Shown here piece by piece: positions 53,289 to 64,000 of a DNA stretch of 64,000 nt (within the stretch, counting starts at the first letter, position 1; each line of letters starts with the position of its first letter). Source of the stretch: Camelus ferus. Taxonomy: Eukaryota. The notes under the pieces are model-generated. The model had not been told where the DNA came from. It worked only from the letters and a program-made list of their open reading frames with translations, and did not search any database. A program made the position numbers and the translations under genes. The stretch lies in assembly GCF_009834535.1 (NCBI RefSeq), contig NC_045697.1:40612001-40676000 (forward strand), in the 5' to 3' direction.

Positions 53289-54349
53289 TTATATATGATT
53301 TCAGTTAAGGGGGGTACGTGCAGTCAAGCACATAGGCAGAGGCTTGCTGCTAGTTATGAGGAGCAGATGTCACCATTAATGATTCTAGTGCTTTGCTAGA
53401 AATGAGGAGACATAAGAATTGGAGTCATAAAATCTTCTACTGAAAATATCTATGTGAAGGCCTGTTCAGTCAGTTTTCCCAGAGCACAGAGTGCCCCATT
53501 CCTGACCTCCATCCTGAACTTTCAGGGTGTGTTGGAGGTCAGTGGCTGCAGCAGCTCTGTGATTTAATCCAAGCAGAGTTAGATGGCAAGTACCAATGTG
53601 ATCCAATCCTTGTAAAGGCAGATGGCAAGTACCAACTTTGAGTTAGCACTCAGATGACAAAAGTCTCTTTCCAAGCACTGTAGTGTGTCACAAAAAGCCC
53701 TAATTCAATTACTGTCAAGAACTGAATTGAAAAAAAAACACATATAAATGACATTTTTTAAGGTCTTACTGCACACAAGCCCACAGTTGGGTCTTTTCTT
53801 TCAACAATCAGTATCTAGGATTTTTGTTTAAATCACTCACACACATAGGCTATGAACACTTACACATATAGGCTACGAAACCAAAAATTACATAGGTAAT
53901 CGTTAGGCAAGGTGATTTTCTTTCTACTTTATTATTTATTCTGGAGGCAATGATTTATTAACCCAGATAAAGACACAATTACTAAAGTGTAATAGGTGTT
54001 TTTTCAGAAGTTCTAATAGATTGACTGAAATAGGTTACCTAAACACTGCTCCTCCTTGTGGAAACAATCTCCTTTAACATGATCAGAATTTTCCTGGGAC
54101 TTGATTATTGCTGTCCTTGAAAGGACAACATTTCCTCTGTCTTTCAGAAATCGTTGTGTAGCTCAAACTAAAGTATGATGGAGCGTCCTTGCTGAGCGGG
54201 AGCGGAACAATGGTCCTCCTCCCCAGGTCCTAATTAACACAGGAAACTACGTTTGCATCCCTTAACTAGGCAAGGGCAACCATTAAGTTTCAAGGAAGCA
54301 TCTGGACTGCAGACACTGTATTAGCCTTGTAACTTTGAAAGGGATTGAT

Positions 54350-54726
54350 CAAATTTAGCAAAACAAACGGTGTCTAACCCTCCTAGGTCAGCTCAAGAGA
54401 ACAGGAGAAAATGAGTGAAAGGCGACTCTGGCTGTGCACCCCTTCGGGGCTGCGTGACTAGGAAGCTTTGCTCGCCTCTGGGTTTTGTCCCTCCCAGATT
54501 TCTGAGCTGGCGAGCAGTTGCTCAGCACTGCAGTCTGAGCCAATTGCAGAAGACCCAACAAAGCCCAGCCCAGCGGAAGGAACGGTTTCAGAGTTGTTTC
54601 TCTTGTAAAGGAGCTCTTCCTGGTCTGCTTTTATTCTCTCTGGTGTCTGAGGGAACAACCCCCTAGAAACAATTTAAGAGTGACAGGTAAAATAAATTAT
54701 ACCAAAAGCTCACAGCAACAAAAAAG
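54350..54726 (+). promoter_or_regulatory. HSD17B11: HSD17B11 proximal promoter / 5'UTR (no CpG island)
   Basis: Modestly GC/CpG-enriched unique sequence before the ATG; CCAAT at 54540-54544; TSS not determinable. Confidence 0.5.
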
Positions 54727-54936
54727 ATGAAATTCTTTCTGGACTGCCTCCTGCTTCTGCCCTTACTGCTCATCTTCACCTTAGAGTCTCTCCTGAAGCT
54801 TTTTATTCCTAAGAAGAGAAAATCAGTTACCGGAGAAATTGTCCTGATTACTGGAGCTGGACATGGAATTGGAAGACTGACTGCCTATGAATTTGCCAAA
54901 CTTAAATGCAAACTGGTTCTGTGGGATATAAATAAG
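54727..54936 (+). CDS. HSD17B11: HSD17B11 coding exon 1 (210 nt; hydrophobic N-terminus plus [11 protein letters not shown] cofactor motif)
   Basis: [14 protein letters not shown]...[31 protein letters not shown]; donor [20 protein letters not shown] fits HSD17B11 rather than HSD17B13; divergent from NUDT9 as in human. Confidence 0.95.
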
Positions 54937-56549
54937 GTAATAGTGCCTACTATATTTTACTTTCTGATATCTTTAATCTGTATTGCATTTTGCTGGCAAC
55001 AACCCCTTATAACATCTCTGTAAAGTAGGTAGAAAAAAATTAATATTGCCATTTTATAGATGGGAGGAAAACATGGTTTGATTAATGTGTTGATGATCAC
55101 ATGATAAGCAAACCTAGAGGATGTAAGATTCCCAATTACTGCCCGTGATTAATTTGACATTGTTAATTTATCCTCACTTTGGCCCTGAAAGTAATTTGTA
55201 ATCTCCTCCTGCACCTGATCTCACTGATCCCTCTATGTTAATCATATGAAAAAAAGTAATAGTTTTAGCTAGTATATGAAAAGAGTAAGAGTTTTACACC
55301 TATTAACAGAAAAATCCTACCTGCAATTATTGAGATAAGTGCACTTAAAAGATACCCAACAGAAAGCAACATGACTATGCCATAGTCATTGCCCTGAGTA
55401 ATTTTTGAAATCATCGTTTAGTTAAAAAAAGTGAAAAAGAAAAAAACTTCAATGTAATGTTTTACCTCTTAAGGAAAATAGGACATATACACTTACCTTT
55501 TATTTGACCTGTATTAGATGGACAAAGGGGTTTCTGGAAGGTACTTGAGTGCCTGAAATGCCATCCTTTACACATTACTCAACATCCAGTGCTGTAAACA
55601 AGAGTTCAGGGGATTGACGTTGTCTAATAGCTAACCAGTGAGTAGGTGGTGATTGAGATGAAATCAACAAATACTCATTGAGTATCTGACTAGGTATTAG
55701 AACACAGTAACAAATAGGAGATATGGTCCCCTGCCTTCAATCTAGTAGGGAAAATAGACATTAAATAATTACATGTACAATGGAAGGTAGAAACTAGGCC
55801 CAGCCTCATCTGATGGGGTCAGGGTGGTGAGTGGTGGGCATGGTGGTGTGGTCAGACTCAAATGGGCTCTGCACTCCATGGCTAACTTACTCAACTTCAT
55901 GGGTAGCTTTCTAGAGCTTTTAGGTTCCTTTTCTGCAAAATGGATAAAATAACAGTACTTTCCTTAGAGGGCAGGGAAGATTATACCAAATAATGCTCAC
56001 AAAGCATGTAGTGCAATGTCTGGCACATGGTAAATACACTAGGGTGTTATTATTCCTTCACAAAGTGAAGCTTAAGCTAAAATTCAGAGATGTATAAGAG
56101 TTGGATTACACATCTAGGTTCATGATTCCCAGTGCCCGGTGCTGGTTTGTACAAAATTTTTTCTGATCTGGAGTAAAGTACATTTACCCAACAAATATTT
56201 ATTGAGCACCTACTATCTGCTAGATACTATTCTAATATAGAACTGAAGATATAGCAGTGAGGAAAACTTTATGAGCTGGGGACAATAAACAAGATGTATA
56301 ATATCTTGCTGTATAATAAAAGTGTGTAATTGCTGGATAGTGATAAGTATAAGGAAAAAATAAAACATGAAAGGGACTCCACATGGTAGGGATGGCAGAG
56401 ATAAGAGTATTGATCTTATACAGAAGGTTTCACTGAGATAGAGGCAGTTGGGTCAAGATCCAAGGGAACGGTGGGTCCCTGGCTTACCTCTACAGAGAGG
56501 GATCTGCAAAGGTAAAGCCTGGCACAGAATGGAGAGACGTAAAAGGTCT

Positions 56550-56895
56550 AGAACTGTGCTGCTATCGCTTTGTGCAATAGTAGGGGGTAGCCACCAGCCA
56601 CTTGTGGTGGTTGAGCATTTGAAATGTGGCTCAGCTGAATTAAGATCTGCTATAGGTATAAATACTCCTAGGATTTCAAAGACTTAGTATGAAAAAAAGA
56701 GTGTAGAATCTCTTATTAATAACTTTTATATGGATTACATATTGATATGATAATATTTCATAATTATAAATATTTCAAATAATAATATTTTGGATATATT
56801 AAATATAATATACTAAAAATTTTTAAATGTGGTTACTAGAAAAATTAAAATTAAGTACATGGCTCACATTATATTTCTGTGGGATGGCTCTGGAC
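56550..56895. mobile_element. hAT-Charlie MITE (MER33/MER3-like)
   Basis: gtagccaccagccacttgtgg..ttgagcatttgaaatgtggct ... atggctcacattatatttctgt. Confidence 0.65.
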
Positions 56896-57227
56896 TAGAG
56901 ACTTAAGGAACAGCAGCTCCAGATCATCATACAGGTTCCTGTAGGATGTTTGTGCTTTGCCTTTTACTGAGGGAGCCAGTGGAGGGTTTGGAGCCAGTTT
57001 CCATTGGAGAGGTTCCTGTGGCTGAAGAGTTGCAGAGAAAGCAGATAGGAGACTATTGTGATAATCCAGTTAAGAGATGACTTGGACTTGTCAGATCAGG
57101 TAACAGAAGTGGTGAGAAATTATGGATAGCATAATGAGTTTTGTGAGTCTATTATGTTAAATTCATTTAAATTAAATAATTAATCTTTTATTTTGAGATT
57201 ATGCCCTTCCTACTTTTTGGTGGGCTT

Positions 57228-57258
<31 letters not shown>

Positions 57259-58569
57259 TGAAATTACAGTGATAGTAAATGATAGTTGCTGTGTTAGTTC
57301 TTAATGTCCTTATTTGACTAAATACAAGATAGATTGGCAGTCCTATTTCAGTACATTCACCCCCTTTTACTTTTCTTGGATTTACAGATTTTAAAATTAT
57401 GAAAGTTTGATCACCACTAAACCTGACTGGGGAAGGAGAGTAGGGTGGAAATTTCAAGCAGTTCAGGCAGCAGAACCTAGAGAGGTTAAACTTTGGGGCT
57501 GGATTTGTGGAGAATGAGTAAGAAAGTGAAGGAGAGTTTTTTAAGACTGTTGTAGGATCAAGTTGGAAGGTCAGGGAAGGACCAGATCAAATTCTTTTCA
57601 CCCAGGGTACAAAGACAAATTGTTCCCAGGGACAATGTCAAGGATTAACACAAGCAGCAAGGATAACAGTGTCCTAATATATCGATCTCAGGATGTCAGG
57701 GACAGACATCTTCATATTCATCATGAAGTCTACAAGAAAGGAACTTGAATTTAGACAGTGGTTCGGGGCAGCTTCAGCTTTTTTTTCCTGCTGAGACTGA
57801 TGCTATGAATTAATCACTCTGTTTTATGCAGATAATCCCCTATTTCTTGACTATTCACACCCCCATACCTGGTTAGATAAGTTTGGAAAGATAAATTTAC
57901 AGTAAGTGGTAAGCATATAGTATAAACTCAAAGATTGCTTATTGAATGAAAAAGTGAATTAAAGATGGTTTCAAAAATAGTAATAAAAGGAATCAGAAAA
58001 ACACTTATGTTTAGTAATGTAGGTAATAGGCAAGAGGTTTTAGTTGTGGGGATAGAGGACAAAGAGTGATAAGTAAAGACTAAAGAAGAGCCCAAGATTA
58101 AAATTTGAGAACTGAATCCAACACATGAGAAAAAAAGTTACCAAGGGGGATCATGAAAAATGATGAGCAGTTCCACTGTGCTGAAAAAAATGTTTAGGGA
58201 GGAATTCATTCTCTCCTGTGGGTCTGCTTTTTTTTTTTTTTTCTTACCAAATGATTATGGAAACTGTCTAGAAATTTTCCTGGAGGAATATAGAGCTTAA
58301 ATTTGTTGCATAGTTCAGCAGGGTGGAAAGACCCTAATTGGGAAAACCAAGGAAATACAGCAAAAGTGAGGCTGCAAATGTAAAGGAAGGACATCTTTGC
58401 CTCTACATGCTCTGCGCATTGACAATTAGGGAAAGCCAACCAGTAATAAGCAAATCTCTGAAAATGAAATCGATGGTAAATGGATTTTTATCATAAAATT
58501 TGTTCCCAATAAGGACTGATTTTCATAAAGGTAAGACCCCCAAAATCAATACAATATGCCTTTTATACT

Positions 58570-58970
58570 TTTTTTATTGTGGTAATATATATAAAATATA
58601 AAATTTTCCATTTTAACCATTTTTAAGTTCACTGCCTCTAAGAACATTTATAGTGTTATACAGTGTGCATCTATCCATCTCCAGAACTTTTTCATCATCC
58701 CAAATTGAAACCCTGTACCCATTAAACAAATTCTCCCCTCCTCTTTCTCCCCTAGCCCCTGGCAGTCACCATACTAACTTTCTGTCTTTGTGAATTTGAC
58801 TAGTCTAGGTATCTCATACAACTGGAGTTATACAATATTTGGCCTCTTGTGTCCGGTTTATTTCATTTAGCTCAATATCCTCAAGGTTCAACCATGTTGT
58901 AGCATGCATCAGAATTTTATTTCTTTTGAAGGCTGAATAATGTTCCACCATATGTATATAACACATTAAT
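58570..58970 (-). mobile_element. Old LINE-1 3' end
   Basis: ttttaaccatttttaagt...ccagaactttttcatcatccc...ttcaaccatgttgtagcatg. Confidence 0.75.
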
Positions 58971-60939
58971 AAAATATACTTTTATTATTTTTTTATGGAC
59001 CTCTGCAGTTCAAAAAATGATTAATCATAATTTTTATTCAGATGCATTCCATTCACATCGTTGGTCCAAATATACTTTTAAATGAAAGTGTTAAAAGCTG
59101 CCGATTAGGTTCTGAAGGGCAACATAAGGTCTACCTGAGATGTCTTGATGTCCCTTGGGGAATAACGGCTCCCCATCAGAGTATACTACAGTTTGTGTGG
59201 CAGATTTCTGTAAAGGGAAAACACCGTTTCCTTTTACTGCCACAATAAATTACTACACAAACTGCTAATTCTTTCCACAGCTGTCCAAATTTGGTTTCGC
59301 TGCAAAAGTAATTGCTGTTTACTAGCAAATTTGCACACTCGTGTTCTGTTTTACCATTCTCCCTGTGGAAAAATGTGGTTAATTCTCTTACTACATTTAC
59401 TGCAAGTCAGTCTAGTAAGTCTGTCCACTCATGCATTAGCTGACAGTACTTTCTTGACACACAGAGTTAACAGACAACCTCAATCCAAGGTATCTTTTGA
59501 GACATTTTTTAAAACAAAAGAGCTACAAAATTGGTCAAAAGCAAGCCAACAAACAAGCAAAAATGGAAACAAACAAAAACAGAACCCGATGGTCTGAACC
59601 TGAACTTAAGGTGACTTTAAAGTAATGCCCCCAGTTGAGTTCATCATTCCTTGTCTCAAATCTGCTCTCTCCTTGTGATCTCCAGCTGACGTGCTGACAA
59701 TTACCAAAACGGAAAAACAAGGACATCAACCTTGGTTCCTTCCCACCTTCCTCATCCAATCACCAAATCCTGATGATTTTGCCTCCTGAAGATTTATTTT
59801 AAAGATTATTCTCTTCACTTCATTCTTTCTGCTGGTGCCACAATTCAAGCTTGTATCATCTCTTGCTGATCATTGTAACTGGCTGCAAATTTTTCTCTCT
59901 TCCTGCAATATTGACCTCTAAAATCTGTCCTCCATATGTTAGAAAGAATAGTCAATACAATACACAAATCTGACCCACTTATTTACTCAGTGCCTCTACA
60001 CTAACTTTTGGATAAAACAGTATGATGTATGATCCCTTTAATCTGGACACCTGTTGGCCTTGGACTTTGTGACTCAGCAACATCAGTCAGCCAGTGCTTT
60101 CCCACAAAACTTTTCTCCTGTTCCTCCCTTTGTTTACACTGCCTGGCATGCCCTTTCCCCTGATTTACCTGGCAGTTCTCCTCACTCTTGAAGCCCAGCT
60201 CAGGGGCTTCTTCTAGAAATGTATTGCACGCCCCTCCTCCATGGTCCTGTAACGCTCTCTGTCTAGTACTATTATTATACTTACCACAATATATTGTTTT
60301 GAATCATATGAAACGGCCAGTTTTCAGCTCTTTATTCCAAAGCAGTGACGATTTCATATGGTCCTACCTAAATGTTATATGTAATTTGTGTTTCTTTGTA
60401 CGACACTGTGAGCTTGCTGATGTCAGGACTCTTTCTCATTCAAATTTGTGTCCACAAGTTTCTTCTAAGCACTGTGACTATGACCGACACATTAAAATGT
60501 TGGAGAAATGAGTTAATGAATGAATGAACTGTGGTTAACTATTTATTTATATATTTTGCAGCCAGAAAATTGATACCCATGAATAGTTTTTAATGACATA
60601 GAAAAAAAGCTTAATATCATTTTTTAAAAGCCTGATATGGAACAATACATACACATACATAGATTCATAGAGTATGTAAAATTCATGAATACAAACCCAG
60701 TATTTGAAGATTTTTGTCTTCTTTAAAAAAGCTTGCTTTAAATTCAGTTCCAAGTAAGAGAAGCTAGTCAAAGTATTGAGAGTAAAGTTTACCTATGTCC
60801 CTGTCAAAAATATGTGTCAGTTAAATTCTTGTCCAATCCTAATCCAAAGAATCTGACTACCCATAAATGTTTTTGGCTATTGATATAATATGCTCATGTC
60901 ATTCATTTTGTTTTCCTTACCCTTTGTTGCTTTTTCTAG

Positions 60940-61047
60940 CATGGACTTGAGGAAACAGCTGCTGAATGCAAGAGACTAGGTGCAAAGGTTCATTCCTCTG
61001 CGGTCGACTGCAGTAACCGAGAAGAAATTTACAGCTCTGCAAAGAAG
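60940..61047 (+). CDS. HSD17B11: HSD17B11 coding exon 2 (108 nt; HGLEETAAECKRLGAKVHSSAVDCSNREEIYSSAKK)
   Basis: Long pyrimidine tract plus CTAG acceptor; donor AAG|GTGAAA; phase 0-0. Confidence 0.95.
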
Positions 61048-62171
61048 GTGAAATTTTATATTTGGTTCAAATCGTATCATGTCAGAGATGGGAGGGATTT
61101 TGGCCATGACCCCATTATTATGTAAACAAAGTAACAGTAGGTTTGTGGTTCACCCAAGGTTGTGCAGCTAGCTAGTGGCAGACCCAGAACTAGAACCTAG
61201 AACTGAGGTTCCCAGACTTTAGTGTGTTCTGGAATCTTCCAGGGAACTTGTTTAAAAAAAATAGGCACCCTAGAAGTTTTCTTTCAGTAGATCGAGGGCC
61301 GGACTCAGGAATCTGCATGTTTAGTACCCTATGCACCCACAACTCGCCCATCTAATTCTGATGCAGGTGAATCCTTGGATGACCTACAGAATCACTGACA
61401 GGGTCTTCTGAAGCCCAGCAAAGAACTGGGTTAGGTGCTTAGGATAAACCTATTTATCAGGGTTTGATCATATATAGATCTATTTCTAGAAAGCATTATT
61501 TGCATCTTCTGTATACAACTGAGATGTGCTTCAGGTAATGGGGTTTCACCCTAAATGTATTCATACTCATCCTTGTAAACTAAATACTGTAACAGTAGAA
61601 AGGTCATTAGGGCCTGGGCAAATTCTTTTAAAATTCACATTCCTGGACATCACCCCTGGATATTCTGATTCAGTACATTATAAAGATTCCAGTTCAACCA
61701 GACTTGAGAACCTCATTGTTTGAGAATTTTAGATTTGGGGGCATTTTTAACTTCTATTTTTACATTGTAATTTTTTTTTTCAAACTGATGCCTCTTTATT
61801 ATCAGCGAAGCCTGAGCTAAGTCAAAAGAGTAAGTAGAAATTACCCAGGCCAGTGGTGGGTAATGGCTTTCCTGGAAAGGGTACAGTAAGAGCAAGTCCT
61901 TTAGGCGAGAAATATCTACATTTAACAATAACTATTTTACTTACATCAATAATGATTCTCCTTCACAGAGATGAGAGCTGTTCTAGTTGGTAGTACCTAT
62001 GTCACCTTGGGTAACTTACTTACCCTCCCTATGCCTAACTTTTCTCAATTATAAAGTGGGGATCACAGCAGTACCTACTTCATAGGATTGTTATGAGGAT
62101 TAAGTGAATTAATAACATAAAGTTCTTAGAACAGTATCTGGCACTTAGTAGCCCCTCTGTAGGAATTAGTT

Positions 62172-62174
<3 letters not shown>

Positions 62175-62220
<46 letters not shown>
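62175..62220. repeat. (CA)23 microsatellite in HSD17B11 intron 2
   Basis: Direct reading; at the end of a MIR-like element. Confidence 0.97.
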
Positions 62221-62222
<2 letters not shown>

Positions 62223-64000
62223 GGGAAGATAACATTTTATGTGGGTCTGTATTTTCTATCCCTGTGATCTCTGTACCCAAGAACATATGTTAAATGTATA
62301 AACTAATTTATGCTAAATTCAATTTTTGTATTTTATATATATGTGTACGTATTTTATATATATATATGCAATTTTGCAGCATTGGAAGAGGCTATGTCTA
62401 TTGCAAAGCAACTTTTGTCTAACTTTGCCATGTTGCTCACTGACTTGTTATTTGACTGTAAATTAATTTATTTTGGCACTGAATTTCTGTACACATTTAA
62501 GACTTAAGACATCAGGCAGCTTCAGAGTAGGGGTAGAGAAGGGCACCTATAATTTGGGACTCGTAAAGAAATGTTTTTATGAGGATAGTAATACCTTGGA
62601 TGAGTTTTGAACAAATTTATTGCATCCAACTCATGGAAGAGCTTAATGTAAGAGTTGTAAAAGATGCCCATGTGCAGGGTCATTACTCATTTGAGAAAAG
62701 AAAACTGGATAAATAAATGGTCAGTGATTTACGCCTACAGTAGCTTAACCACAACCTTTTATAATATTTAAGCACAAAAATATTTATGAAGAGGCATTAA
62801 TATCTCAACATATACCTCAATGGCAGTGCTGAAATGCCTGTAATATATTTTCAAGCTAGTTTTATTTGGAAGTAACAAATTATCAGGTAACATTTGTAGC
62901 CAAATCTACTTCATCTTAAAATAAAAATGAGTTTAAGACCATAGTACCAATTTTAATTGATTGAAGGGCCTATATATTTTTAAGTGATTGTAATTGATGA
63001 TGAATATATTCACAAATTCTTTGACCCTAAGAAATAAGGAAAAATTATTGCTCTCTGAGATGAAAAAATAGTTCAATTTTTTTAAACATAATTGAAAGTC
63101 AACTACCATAATACCTAGTGGCCATGACTATCTATATGCAGATTACCTGATGTGAGTTAATTTCTCAGGCAATTTAGGCTTTAGAAACACTTGATTTCAT
63201 GAAATGCTTCTTTATGTAGTACCTTGAATGGAGCCATGTCATGACAAACAATACATATGTGTTATTTTTGTCTGTGTGTCATCAAACAACTGGTTATCAG
63301 TTTTCTTTCAAAAGTCCTTTTAGCATGATTTTTTAAAAATTAATTTATTAATTTTTCTATATATATATTCCTTTTCATATATTTTTATTACAGGCCATTA
63401 CAGGGTATTGAGTGTGGTTCCCTGTGCTCTACATTGGGACCTTGTTGTTCATCTATTTTATAAAAAAAAACAATTAGTTACTAGTAGTAAAGTAGAATCA
63501 CCAATATTATCTATATAATTTTGTAATTGGTCTTTGTTAAAAGGATTTACTAACCCAACATCTTTAGTTACCTAAATAGAAAACATTTGTTTCCAGACTC
63601 ATCTGGGAATAGGCTTTTCCTGGAAAGATAGTTTTATTATTTGAACCTATCCCATGTGTTTTAACTACAGTGTTTTTTTTGCTGAAATCATCCTAAGATA
63701 AACTATATGCTTAAACAGAGTATACACAAGGGACACGTGATCATCAGCTATTTTGATGTAGCTATTTTGGCATCAGGACAATTTTATGCCACCTAAACAA
63801 TTAAACTCTCAGCTTGCTTTCATTACTAAGAAATGTGCAAACCCTGGGAGACAATAGGTCATGATGGAGAGCTCAAGGATGCTCAAGTTCCTTTGGCAAT
63901 ATAAAACAGTAATTTATCTTCTGAGTCACATTAATTTGGAGTCATTATGGCAGCTTCATCAATTCAACCACGTGAAATGTCCTGTTTTTCTCAATAACTT

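Larger units (their letters stand above)
45926..53648 (-). mobile_element. Two-LTR ERV1-class provirus, internally deleted (5'LTR 52735-53648, 3'LTR 45926-46427)
   Basis: Paired direct LTRs ending GAGTTAGCA; TSD CCCA/CTCA; PBS-like TGGCAAATCCACAAAGGGAT at 52730-52711; gag, integrase and env remnants. Confidence 0.92.

Noticed and set aside
54937..55023. Extension of the 98-aa ORF beyond WDINK
   Set aside because: Read-through into intron 1; canonical donor after 54936
54727..61047. HSD17B13 instead of HSD17B11
   Set aside because: Diagnostic residues ([29 protein letters not shown]) and the position next to NUDT9 fit HSD17B11
1..64000. CRISPR array, prokaryotic operon or novel multi-gene system
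   Set aside because: No repeat-spacer array or unexplained long ORFs; the window is accounted for by two known genes and mammalian repeats

Overview
Mammalian genomic DNA, very probably from a camelid because it carries several vic-1-like tRNA-derived SINEs. It holds the 5' parts of two divergently transcribed genes. NUDT9 (ADP-ribose pyrophosphatase) is on the minus strand, with coding exons 1-5 between 18882 and 521 and a CpG-island promoter. HSD17B11 is on the plus strand, with coding exons 1-2 at 54727 and 60940. All exons have canonical GT-AG junctions and continuous frames. The ~35 kb between the genes is very rich in LTR elements: many solo LTRs with target-site duplications (TSDs), a full-length MaLR with nested LTRs, an ERVL pol remnant, and a 7.7 kb two-LTR ERV1-class provirus ending ~1.1 kb upstream of HSD17B11. 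I found no convincing new biological system. The best leads are an apparently L1-retroposed polyadenylated LTR transcript, an Arg-poor NUDT9 presequence with a leaky-scanning layout, and a hairpin in the provirus leader. Repeat family names and human protein comparisons are from memory, not from database searches.
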